Positions 33,182-41,387 of a stretch of DNA of 64,000 nt are shown piece after piece. Under the pieces are notes generated by a model. That model had not been told where the DNA came from, did no database searches, and saw nothing but the letters and a program-made list of their open reading frames with translations. The stretch is from Pseudomonadota bacterium. GTDB taxonomy: Bacteria; Pseudomonadota; Gammaproteobacteria; Burkholderiales; Sulfuriferulaceae. The stretch's first letter is position 1, and each line of letters opens with the position of its first letter. A program made the translations under genes and the position numbers. The stretch is taken from positions 7,881-71,880 of the forward strand of contig JAJYMO010000031.1 in the NCBI GenBank assembly GCA_021786845.1, given 5' to 3'.

Positions 33182-33719
33182 GGTTGCCCTCCTGTTTATT
33201 GGCCAAGGACAACATGGCCTGTATCACATGGGGATAGGTGCCACACCGGCAAAGGTGGCCGCTGATGGCGACCTCAATTTCCGCAGCGTCAGGGTGAGGA
33301 TTGTGTGCCAAAAGGGCTGCGCAACTCATCACGATGCCGGGCGTGCAAAAGCCGCATTGGACGGCATCGTGTTCGATAAAGGCTTTTTGTACGGGATGCA
33401 GATGGTCTGTTTCGCTCAGACCTTCGATTGTGGTGATTTTTTGTGAGGTGACTTCAATTGCCAATACGCTGCATGCGGCGACAGGCAGGTCATCAAGCCA
33501 GACTGTGCAAGCAGAACACGCGCCATGATTACAGGCAACCTTTGTTCCAGTCAGGTTTAATGAAGTTCGCAGTGCCTCAGCCAGCGTCGTCCGTGGTTCC
33601 ACATCAATTGACTGTGAAACACCATTGACATTAAGCACCATTGAAACGGCGCCTGGTCCAAGAATTTCAGCGGCTGGTTTTGTTTGGTCTTTGCCAGTCT
33701 TGTGCGTTTTGTCAGACAT
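33174..33719 (-). CDS. (2Fe-2S)-binding small subunit of the molybdenum hydroxylase
   Basis: C-x4-C-x2-C (CNHGACSACTV) and CGFCTPG...CRCGTY motifs; no twin-arginine signal. Confidence 0.9.
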   Translation of the reverse strand: MSDKTHKTGKDQTKPAAEILGPGAVSMVLNVNGVSQSIDVEPRTTLAEALRTSLNLTGTKVACNHGACSACTVWLDDLPVAACSVLAIEVTSQKITTIEGLSETDHLHPVQKAFIEHDAVQCGFCTPGIVMSCAALLAHNPHPDAAEIEVAISGHLCRCGTYPHVIQAMLSLANKQEGNHE

Positions 33720-34032
33720 GTGCTAAATCCTCCGAAAACAGCTACGGATTTTTCATCAAATCAGATTTGGTGCGATATTGTTCGAGATGGGGGTATCAGG
33801 TGTTGTCAGTACCAAAATGGCCCCCGCAATGTGAAAGGAACTGGTGTAACTTTAACACACTATTTGTTGCACAGAGAGTGGGTTATATTAATCCGGGACA
33901 CAAGGGGCCTGTCATTCGACCAAATGTATTCCCGGTTTCACTGGCTTTCACAGACAGTCTTGAGGGGGCAAGGCGCTCATAAACAACAGCTGTCCCCCGC
34001 CTTGTGTGCCTAAACCTATTTACGGATGATAA

Positions 34033-34260
34033 TCAATATGTTGCTGTCCATATATCACCGATTTTTTCATATTTTTTCTTTACCGCGGACCATGCCACCT
34101 TATGCGCAGTTTCTTCCTGAGAAATGTCGCCACGGCGTTTTTCGGGACTCGCATATTCTTGCCAGGCATGATTAAAGGTTTCCCGATAAATATCCTGTGC
34201 ATGGGGAGGAAGTGCATGGATTATATTGTCCGGTAAGTCTTTATTGGTTTTATAGGGCAT
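34033..34260 (-). CDS. ChaB-family protein
   Basis: MPYKTNKDLPDNIIHALPPHAQDIYRETFNHAWQEY matches the ChaB N-terminal pattern. Confidence 0.75.
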   Translation of the reverse strand: MPYKTNKDLPDNIIHALPPHAQDIYRETFNHAWQEYASPEKRRGDISQEETAHKVAWSAVKKKYEKIGDIWTATY

Positions 34261-34331
34261 CAGATGACTCCTTGAAATTTATAGTACAATGGTGACCATT
34301 TGCAAAGTATTGGACGCTGGCTGATGATTTT

Positions 34332-35063
34332 TCAATCAATCGGTACGCCAATAGTGGCTTTGAGCACCCATTGGTCAGAGACTGCATTGAGCCCTCGGCC
34401 TATGTCTAAATTCAGATCCCACTTGTCCAGGCTGGTGTCTATCACACCCTATAACATTTGGCTGTATTGATTTAAATTGCCCAAGTTATTGGCAACACCG
34501 AGTCCATTATAACTTTCAAAACCCGGTTGCGTGACGTGCGTGACGGCATACGCCAGTTTTGTGTCCCATTCTACTGTCGTGGGTGCAGGCACTGGACCTG
34601 ATACCACCCAATCCAAATTGGAGTTTACGGCAAAAGTCCAGCCTAAATATCGCAGGCCGAAAATACCTTTGAGTTCTGCATTCCATGAGTTGGGATCTAA
34701 TTCGGTGCTGACTTTGCCAATTTCAAAATTCGCACCCCAAAAATAAATTTGACCGGTTGTTTTGGGCGCGATAAATTTGATGCGCACCTTCCCACCATCG
34801 ACTTGAGCGCCGGTGGTCGCATTGTCTGTACTTAACACATAAGCACCAAGTTCTAAATTGGGTGTGAGGTCAGATGAAAACTCGGGGGTGAAACGAAAAA
34901 GGTGAGCTGAAGGCAGTACCCCAGGGTAAGTGCCAGCATCATTGCCTGACGGAACAGTGTTGGTGTGCAGATCTAAGCCATATTGTCCCGGGGCATCCAT
35001 TTCATCCATGTAGGCCTGAATTTCTTCAGGGGCAGCAACAGCGAAGGGCGAGGTGCCGCACAT
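34332..35063 (-). pseudogene. outer-membrane beta-barrel-like gene with an in-frame TAG (34449..34451) and an incomplete signal peptide
   Basis: alternating beta-strand pattern; the frame continues 38 codons past the TAG; upstream in-frame sequence reads ...YGYRLRLILMCGTSPFAVA-APEE with no ATG/GTG before the hydrophobic core and a TAA 13 codons upstream of ATG 35063. Confidence 0.45.
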
Positions 35064-35578
35064 CAGAATCAGTCTTAATCTGTAACCATATGAATTAAAT
35101 TATAAACTTGCTAGCTTGGTGGCAAGATTTAGTCACCAAACCTTTCCGGCCACACAAGGCCAGCCCGTATGCATACTAATCGTTCTGTGTTACCTAAGCA
35201 ACATCGCATACAATATCACGCCTGCCACAAGCGACGCATTCAGTTTTTTAATCAGCTTCCCTTGCCGGATCTGCTGGCATCCGCTGACTCTCGGGGTAGC
35301 AGGGTCGGCATGTTTTTGAAGATTTATTGCCCAGTGCTGGAGACCCAAAGCGGTGGTGGGGAGGCCACCGACTGAGACGTATAAGGAAACGAAGGCATGA
35401 CAGACTGCATTGGGAGTCATAGGCAGATGAATTGTGGTTGCCCCAATTCGTTCGCTGTTGAGCCGTAGCTGTCCAAAAAATTCATCCATAATCAGTGCAT
35501 TCGCACAGAGTAGCGTGCTACAATGTTTCAACTTGAACCTTAATCCCACCCCGCCTGCTTCGTGGGCATGCAGCAACA

Positions 35579-35974
35579 ATGCCAGAATCCACGTCCACCA
35601 GCCGCCAGAGCAAGCTGCAAGAAGACACCCGTTTCAGGGTGTTGCGCCTGTTGCAAGACAACCCAAATCTGTCCCAACGTGAGCTGGCCAAAGCCTTGGG
35701 CATCAGCCTGGGTGGTGTGCACTATTGCCTGCAAGCCTTGCTGGATAAAGACTTAATCAAAATACACAATTTCCAGAGCAGCACGCGTAAGCTGGCCTAT
35801 GCTTACTTGCTCACCCCGGCAGGCATCGTCGAAAAAGCCACCCTGACCGGCCGCTTTCTCAAACGCAAAATGGAAGAGTATGGGCAATTGCGGCTGGAAA
35901 TCGAATCCTTGCAGCAGGAAAATATTGATCTCGCGCACAATGGCAAACCTCAGAATGGAAACCAGCATCCATGA
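35579..35974 (+). CDS. MarR-family EPS-associated transcriptional regulator
   Basis: RFRVLRLLQDNPNLSQRELAKALGISLGGVHYCLQALLDKDLIKI...KLAYAYLLTPAGIVEKATLTGRFLKRKMEEY, the pattern of the EPS-locus MarR subfamily. Confidence 0.75.
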   Translation: MPESTSTSRQSKLQEDTRFRVLRLLQDNPNLSQRELAKALGISLGGVHYCLQALLDKDLIKIHNFQSSTRKLAYAYLLTPAGIVEKATLTGRFLKRKMEEYGQLRLEIESLQQENIDLAHNGKPQNGNQHP

Positions 35975-36266
35975 ACAAGATCACCCCTGTCATCTTGTGT
36001 GGCGGTTCCGGCACACGCCTATTGCCGCTGTCTCGTGCGGGGTTCCCAAAACAATTTTTCGTGTTGTCGGGCACCGCAGAAGTTACCTGTGGCGACAAAG
36101 TGATCTTGCTGAAGGAAACCAATTCACCTGCGTCCCGTTGGGCGAAATGCATCGCCTGCACAATTCAGGCACCATCCCGCTGGAAATTATTGAAGTACAA
36201 TCGGGTAGCTATTTGGGTGAGGATGATATTGTGTGGTTTGATGACTGCTATGGGTGGGCTGTGTAA
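35971..36266 (+). pseudogene. manC: mannose-1-phosphate guanylyltransferase (manC/cpsB) relic: large internal deletion plus a frameshift
   Basis: N-terminus MNKITPVILCGGSGTRLLPLSRAGFPKQF joins directly to the cupin-end GTAEVTCGDKVILLKE; after a 1-nt frame change comes GNQFTCVPLGEMHRLHNSGTIPLEIIEVQSGSYLGEDDIVWFDDCYG (ManC C-terminus); ~95 codons instead of ~470. Confidence 0.8.
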
Positions 36267-36311
36267 GCAGTAATTGTTCACCCAGGTTGTCTATATGAGG
36301 TCAAAAAATGT

Positions 36312-36434
36312 GTCATTCCCGGGAAAGCGGGAATCCAGTGGGTTGAATAATTCCCGTGTAACGGGACAAAACCGGTGTCTTGTCTGCTTCGCAGCGTGTT
36401 TGTGTGGCTGGATTTCCGCTTTCGCGGGAATGAC
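36312..36434. mobile_element. 123-bp MITE-like element with 27-bp terminal inverted repeats
   Basis: gtcattcccgggaaagcgggaatccag ... ctggatttccgctttcgcgggaatgac (25/27 complementary); each arm is itself a hairpin; no coding capacity. Confidence 0.75.
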
Positions 36435-36480
36435 GAAGCTAATAGATTATTTGGGATTAATTTAGTTTTGGATACTCAAC

Positions 36481-37257
36481 ATGAAAGCAGTGATTTTAGC
36501 AGGCGGTCTCGGCACGCGACTCAGTGAAGAAACGGCACTGCGCCCCAAACCGATGGTGGATATAGGCGGCAAGCCTATTCTCTGGCACATCATGAAAATG
36601 TATTCGGCGCATGGGATCCATGATTTCATTATTTGCTGCGGCTATAAAGGTTACATAATTAAGGAATATTTCGCGAATTACTTTCTGCATATGTCGGATG
36701 TGACTTTTGATATGCAGGCCAACAGTATGCATGTTCACCAGAAACGTGCTGAACCCTGGAAGGTGACCTTGGTGGATACAGGCGATGAATCCATGACAGG
36801 CGGAAGACTTGCACGCGTGGCTGAGCATGTGAAAGACGAAGAATCCTTTTGTTTGACCTATGGTGATGGGGTGGCCGATGTAGACATTGCCGCCACGATT
36901 GCGTTTCATCGCCAACACGGTAAAGCGGCGACGCTGACCGCCACGTATCCGCCTGGGCGCTTCGGTGCTTTGGATATTCAAAACCATCAAGTCAAAAGCT
37001 TCAAGGAAAAGCCAAGAGGCGATGGCGCGCTCATTAATGGCGGGTTTTTCGTATTGTCCCCCAAGGTGTTGTCTTATATACGCGATGGCGATAACACCAT
37101 TTGGGAACAGGAACCGCTGGCACAATTGGCTGCAGACGGTGAATTGATGGCTTATCAGCACGAGGGGTTCTGGCAACCCATGGACACCCTGCGCGATAAG
37201 CATTATTTGGAAGAATTATGGGCCAATGGCAAAGCGCCATGGAAAAAGTGGGACTAA
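36481..37257 (+). CDS. rfbF: glucose-1-phosphate cytidylyltransferase
   Basis: [18 protein letters not shown]...[16 protein letters not shown]; 258 aa, colinear with RfbF/DdhA. Confidence 0.9.
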   Translation: MKAVILAGGLGTRLSEETALRPKPMVDIGGKPILWHIMKMYSAHGIHDFIICCGYKGYIIKEYFANYFLHMSDVTFDMQANSMHVHQKRAEPWKVTLVDTGDESMTGGRLARVAEHVKDEESFCLTYGDGVADVDIAATIAFHRQHGKAATLTATYPPGRFGALDIQNHQVKSFKEKPRGDGALINGGFFVLSPKVLSYIRDGDNTIWEQEPLAQLAADGELMAYQHEGFWQPMDTLRDKHYLEELWANGKAPWKKWD

Positions 37258-37259
37258 AC

Positions 37260-38336
37260 ATGGCAGTGAATGCAGAATTCTGGCGCGGCAAGCGCGTATT
37301 GATGACCGGGCATACCGGTTTCAAAGGCAGTTGGCTGTCTCTCTGGTTACAGTCCATGGGCGCGCAAGTGGTGGGCTATGCGCTTGTACCACCGACGAAC
37401 CCGAGTCTGTTTGACGTGGCCCAAGTGGCTCAAGGCATGACCAGTATCATCGGTGATATACGGGATTTAGAGTCATTGCGTGCAGCGTTCGGCACACACC
37501 AACCCGAAATCGTGATCCATATGGCTGCACAACCGCTGGTGCGTTATTCCTATCAGGCACCTGTTGAGACTTATTCCACCAACGTCATGGGCACGGTGAA
37601 TGTGCTTGAGGCGATACGCAGCACCGCCAGCGTAAAGACGGTAGTGAATGTCACCAGCGACAAATGTTACGATAACAAAGAATGGCTGTGGGGCTACCGG
37701 GAAAACGAAGCCATGGGCGGCTTTGATCCTTACAGCAGCAGCAAGGGGTGTGCGGAACTGGTGGCCGCAGCCTATCGAAACTCATACTTTCATCCTGAAA
37801 AATATGCAGAGCATGGCGTGGCACTGGCTTCGGCCAGAGCTGGCAACGTGATTGGCGGCGGCGATTGGGCGGAAGACCGGCTGATTCCCGATATGATGCG
37901 TGCGATCTCCCAGAGTAAGCCCGTCCATATTCGCAATCCGCATGCGATCCGTCCCTGGCAACATGTGCTTGAACCCTTGTCGGGTTACCTGATTCTTGCA
38001 CAAAAACTGTATGAAGAAGGTGCAGTTTACGGCGAAGGCTGGAATTTCGGCCCGCATGACCAGGACGCCAAACCCGTGCAATGGATCGTAGCGCAATTGA
38101 CGGCACATTGGGGCAAAGGCGCAAGCTGGACATTGGATGGCGGCAACCATCCGCATGAAGCGCATTATCTTAAACTGGATTGTTCCAAAGCGCAAGCGCG
38201 CTTAAACTGGCAGCCCAGATGGCATTTGGATGAAACGCTCAGTAAAATAGTCGAATGGCATCAAGCACATCACAACGCTGCAAACATGCGTGATGTGTCA
38301 TTGTGCCAAATTGCCCAATATAATGTGAACGGGTGA
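37260..38336 (+). CDS. rfbG: CDP-glucose 4,6-dehydratase
   Basis: WRGKRVLMTGHTGFKGSWL Rossmann motif; YSSSK catalytic motif; start at ATG 37260, 3 nt after the rfbF stop. Confidence 0.9.
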   Translation: MAVNAEFWRGKRVLMTGHTGFKGSWLSLWLQSMGAQVVGYALVPPTNPSLFDVAQVAQGMTSIIGDIRDLESLRAAFGTHQPEIVIHMAAQPLVRYSYQAPVETYSTNVMGTVNVLEAIRSTASVKTVVNVTSDKCYDNKEWLWGYRENEAMGGFDPYSSSKGCAELVAAAYRNSYFHPEKYAEHGVALASARAGNVIGGGDWAEDRLIPDMMRAISQSKPVHIRNPHAIRPWQHVLEPLSGYLILAQKLYEEGAVYGEGWNFGPHDQDAKPVQWIVAQLTAHWGKGASWTLDGGNHPHEAHYLKLDCSKAQARLNWQPRWHLDETLSKIVEWHQAHHNAANMRDVSLCQIAQYNVNG

Positions 38337-38350
38337 AATGAGGTCAAGGG

Positions 38351-38420
38351 TAGGTCAGGCTTCAGCCTGACGCGGTGATAAAAGATACGTTGAATTGTCG
38401 GGTTAAAACCTGACCTGCAA
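38351..38420. repeat. REP-like palindromic element (second family member)
   Basis: gtcaggcttcagcctgac perfect palindrome; shares a ~34-nt core and the ttaaaa..gacctgca arm with 12246..12325. Confidence 0.7.
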
Positions 38421-38478
38421 TAGTGCATGTAGTAGGCAGAGCATTGGCCTGCCTGTGGACACAAATAAGGAAATATAA

Positions 38479-38709
38479 ATGAGGCAAACAATATTTAGAG
38501 GAAATTTGTGTGTAGATGAAAACCACCAATTACACATTAACGTGCCCGCAGACATGGGTGATGAATTTGAAGTGATCGTTTTGCCTTTGCGTCCTCAATT
38601 AGCCAAAAATGCGCTGAGTGACGATGAGCAATTTATGCTTGCTGCTTATTCTGCAGTGATTGATAACGACCCCGAAGAGGATGCAATCTGGGAAAAATAT
38701 GTCAAATAA
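38479..38709 (+). CDS. putative type II antitoxin (MazE/AbrB-like N-terminus, acidic Trp-containing tail)
   Basis: 76 aa; [18 protein letters not shown] then [27 protein letters not shown]; overlaps the downstream toxin-domain ORF by 11 nt. Confidence 0.55.
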   Translation: MRQTIFRGNLCVDENHQLHINVPADMGDEFEVIVLPLRPQLAKNALSDDEQFMLAAYSAVIDNDPEEDAIWEKYVK

Positions 38710-40315
38710 TTTTAAGTTCCATCCTGGCACGATTCATGTGTATAAAGTCCCCTTTGTCGAAGGGCATGCTGCCAAGCCACGTCCTGTGATCATTACTTCA
38801 TTGCCTAATAGCAAGGGTGATGTGATGGGTATTCCTGGCAGCTCACAGATGCACCAATGGAACGAAACTCATCAAGTGATTATTGACCCACGAGAGATGG
38901 CGTCCAGTGGTTTAGATAAACCCACCGTGTTTCCAATCAGTAAACAAATGGTTTTTTCCACAAGGTTTTTTGCTGGTGAAATCGGGGAAATAAACACCCC
39001 AACCCTGGAAGCAGTCATGCGTTTGATTATGGCGCATCAAGTTGAACAGTTTCACTCAGCCACGCAGCTACAAAAAGCTTTCCAACCCGGCACCACCGTC
39101 ATCCCACCCTCCGGCAAAGTTATCGGCACTGCGGAAATTCAGAACATGGTGGAAGCCTCGCTGGATGCATGGCTCACAACTGGTCGGTTTAACACCGAAT
39201 TTGAAGCCCGTCTGGCCAAATATTTGGGTGTGAAACACCTCATTACCGTCAACTCGGGTTCTTCCGCCAATCTGGTGGCGTTTTCCGCGTTGACCTCGCA
39301 CCGCTTGGGCGACCGAGCCATCAAGCCGGGCGATGAAGTCATCGGCGTGGCGGCAGGTTTTCCTACTACCGTGAACCCTATCCTGCAATTCGGCGCAGTG
39401 CCTGTGTTCGTGGATGTGGACACTGCCACCCACAACATTGATGCCAGCCTGATTGAAGCGGCGATCAGTCCCAAAACCAAAGCCATCATGCTGGCACACA
39501 GTCTGGGCAACCCGTTTAACCTGGATGCGGTCACTGCGCTGTGCAAGAAATATAAACTCTGGTTGGTGGAAGATTGCTGCGACGCTCTGGGTGCCACGTA
39601 CAACGGGCAAATGGTCGGTACTTTCGGTGACATTGCCACACTCAGTTTTTACCCTGCGCACCACATCACCATGGGTGAGGGCGGTGCGGTGTTCACCAAC
39701 AACGCCGAACTGAAAAAGATTGCTGAATCTTTCCGTGACTGGGGACGCGACTGCTATTGCCCGCCTGGCAAAGACAACACCTGCAACAAACGCTTTAGTT
39801 GGAAATTGGGCGATTTGCCCGAGGGCTACGATCATAAGTACACCTACAGTCATTTGGGCTACAACCTCAAAATCACCGACATGCAAGCCGCGTGCGGCTT
39901 GGCGCAACTGGACCGTTTGCCCGAGTTCATCGCCGCACGCAAGCACAACTATGCTTTCCTCAAAGCTCGCCTGAAATCCTGCGAAGAATTTCTGATTTTG
40001 CCCGAAGCTACGCCCAACAGCGATCCCTCCTGGTTTGGCTTCCTCATCTCCATCCGCGAAAGTGCTGGCGTGAACAGGGTGGACTTGATCAATTACCTGG
40101 ATCAAAACAAAATCGGCACCCGCCTGTTGTTTGCAGGTAACCTCACCCGTCAACCTTACATGCTGGGCAGAAATTTCCGGGTCAGCGGCGAACTTGCCCG
40201 TACCGATGAAGTGATGAACAATGCCTTCTGGATCGGCGTGTATCCGGGTTTGACAGAAGAAATGCTGGAATTTGTGGCGAGCAAGATTGAGGCTTACTTT
40301 GGGGTGGGGTTTTGA
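38699..40315 (+). CDS. rfbH: single uninterrupted ORF (538 aa): N-terminal PemK/MazF-like toxin domain (~aa 1-115) fused in frame to a complete CDP-4-dehydro-6-deoxyglucose 3-dehydrase (RfbH/DdhC, E1)
   Basis: toxin part: [28 protein letters not shown]...[18 protein letters not shown]...[12 protein letters not shown]; RfbH part is colinear from ~[48 protein letters not shown] through [41 protein letters not shown] to the C-terminus; possible internal starts at ATG 39017 and 39029. Confidence 0.8.
   Translation: MSNNFKFHPGTIHVYKVPFVEGHAAKPRPVIITSLPNSKGDVMGIPGSSQMHQWNETHQVIIDPREMASSGLDKPTVFPISKQMVFSTRFFAGEIGEINTPTLEAVMRLIMAHQVEQFHSATQLQKAFQPGTTVIPPSGKVIGTAEIQNMVEASLDAWLTTGRFNTEFEARLAKYLGVKHLITVNSGSSANLVAFSALTSHRLGDRAIKPGDEVIGVAAGFPTTVNPILQFGAVPVFVDVDTATHNIDASLIEAAISPKTKAIMLAHSLGNPFNLDAVTALCKKYKLWLVEDCCDALGATYNGQMVGTFGDIATLSFYPAHHITMGEGGAVFTNNAELKKIAESFRDWGRDCYCPPGKDNTCNKRFSWKLGDLPEGYDHKYTYSHLGYNLKITDMQAACGLAQLDRLPEFIAARKHNYAFLKARLKSCEEFLILPEATPNSDPSWFGFLISIRESAGVNRVDLINYLDQNKIGTRLLFAGNLTRQPYMLGRNFRVSGELARTDEVMNNAFWIGVYPGLTEEMLEFVASKIEAYFGVGF
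40145..40313 (+). repeat. rfbH 3' end, copy A of a ~165-bp direct duplication bracketing the vapBC cassette
   Basis: aligned by eye to 41206..41365 (~88% identity, one 8-nt net indel). Confidence 0.85.
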
Positions 40316-40438
40316 TGAATAATATCTGCCCCTTGTCATTCTGTTGCCGGGAACGCCGTGCATTCTATGCAAAATTCAGCTTGACAATTTAAGACTGGTC
40401 TATAAACTGGTCTGATATCAAACGGTGGGAGTCATGCC

Positions 40439-40684
40439 ATGAATATTGAAATTGGATCGTATGAAGCAAAGACGAAGCTACCCGAATTATTGCGCGGTGT
40501 GCAACTTGGCAATCGGTATACGATTACGCTTAGAGGGTTAGTTGTGGCAGAATTGATACCACCAGACATTTCCAAACAACATGCTGCTGCTGAGGCCGTT
40601 GCAGACATGCAAAGATTTATCTCGTCGCATGATGCCATGGAAGGCATTGACACGAAAGCACTGATTGAGGACGGACGGGATTGA
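40439..40684 (+). CDS. type II antitoxin, Phd/YefM-like (VapB role)
   Basis: MNIEIGSYEAKTKLPELLRGVQLGNRYTITLRGLVVAELIP, the Phd/YefM N-terminal pattern; 4-nt overlap with the PIN gene. Confidence 0.8.
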   Translation: MNIEIGSYEAKTKLPELLRGVQLGNRYTITLRGLVVAELIPPDISKQHAAAEAVADMQRFISSHDAMEGIDTKALIEDGRD

Positions 40685-41100
40685 CGCGGTTCGTTCTTGA
40701 TAACTCTGTCACGATGCGTTGGTTATTTGGCGATGGTTCGTCTAATGATCAGATTTACGCAAAACGGGTGTTGGCAGCGATTGGAGACGCAAATGTGCTT
40801 GTACCTGCGATATGGTGTCTTGAGGTTGCTAACGTGATAACCAGAGCGGAAAGCAAATATGGACTGACGGAGGCACGCAGTTCAGAATTTGTGCATGTGT
40901 TACAGCGGATGGCGATACAAGTTGATGCGGAAACTTGTCAATATGCCATGAGTGAAACCTTACAACTTGCGCGACGTTACAACTTGTCATCGTATGATGC
41001 CGCATATTTGGAACTTGCGATGAGGAAAGCTGTACCGCTTGCTACGCTGGATGATGTGCTGGTAAAAGCTGCTGATAAAATCGGCGTTAAGCGACTTTAA
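40681..41100 (+). CDS. vapC: PIN-domain ribonuclease toxin VapC
   Basis: FVLDNSV (first acidic residue), LEVANV, SSYDAAYLELA, LATLD: the PIN acidic quartet layout. Confidence 0.8.
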   Translation: MTRFVLDNSVTMRWLFGDGSSNDQIYAKRVLAAIGDANVLVPAIWCLEVANVITRAESKYGLTEARSSEFVHVLQRMAIQVDAETCQYAMSETLQLARRYNLSSYDAAYLELAMRKAVPLATLDDVLVKAADKIGVKRL

Positions 41101-41205
41101 TCACAGGAAGCGCAGGAAGCAGGGTCAGGCATTACTTTTGACATTTTGTCATTCTTATTTTAGGGCCACTTAAATTTAAAGAAAGCAATCAGAGGGTAAG
41201 ACTTT

Positions 41206-41365
41206 ACTCGCCAACCTTACATGTTGGGCAGAAACTTTCGTGTCAGCGGCGAACTCACCCGCACCGATGAATAATGCTTTCTGGGTCGGCGTATATCCGG
41301 GACTGACAGAAGAAATGCTGGAATTTGTGGTGGGTAAGATTGAGGCTTACTTTGGGGTGGGTTTT
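41206..41365 (+). pseudogene. relic duplicate of the rfbH 3' end (copy B), frameshifted
   Basis: ...[20 protein letters not shown] then stop, because gatgaagtgatgaacaatgcc became gatgaataatgc; the remainder still matches [16 protein letters not shown]. Confidence 0.85.
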
Positions 41366-41387
41366 TATTAAGAGGACGGATTTATCA

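Noticed and set aside
35190-35579. 129-aa minus-strand ORF between the OMP-like pseudogene and the EPS MarR regulator
   Set aside because: No recognisable motif, no RBS, odd composition, and it abuts the regulator's start codon (both end at 35579). It is treated as non-coding promoter region.
36274-36465. 63-aa ORF in the six-frame track
   Set aside because: It is made almost entirely of the two inverted-repeat arms of the MITE at 36312..36434, so it is an artefact of the repeat.
39068-40372. 434-aa ORF antisense to rfbH. Other long antisense ORFs occur at 36496..37203, 56613..57233, 57164..57736, 8881..9399, 21493..22215 and 43168..43746.
   Set aside because: Each is fully embedded opposite a strongly recognisable gene. 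The translations are low-complexity or Arg/His-rich with no recognisable motifs. This is the typical stop-codon-poor antisense frame.
40380-40425. ttgaca followed by the direct repeats actggtct-ataa-actggtct upstream of the vapB-like gene, considered as promoter plus operator
   Set aside because: This is plausible as an autoregulatory site, but the -35/-10 spacing cannot be made to fit (14 nt to tataaa) and there is no supporting comparison. It is not called as a feature.
41325-41387. N-terminal extension ([21 protein letters not shown]) of the TPP-enzyme ORF in the six-frame track
   Set aside because: This stretch is the rfbH 3' relic read in another frame. A TTG at 41388 with an agagga RBS gives a normal N-terminus (MKASDALAKFL...).
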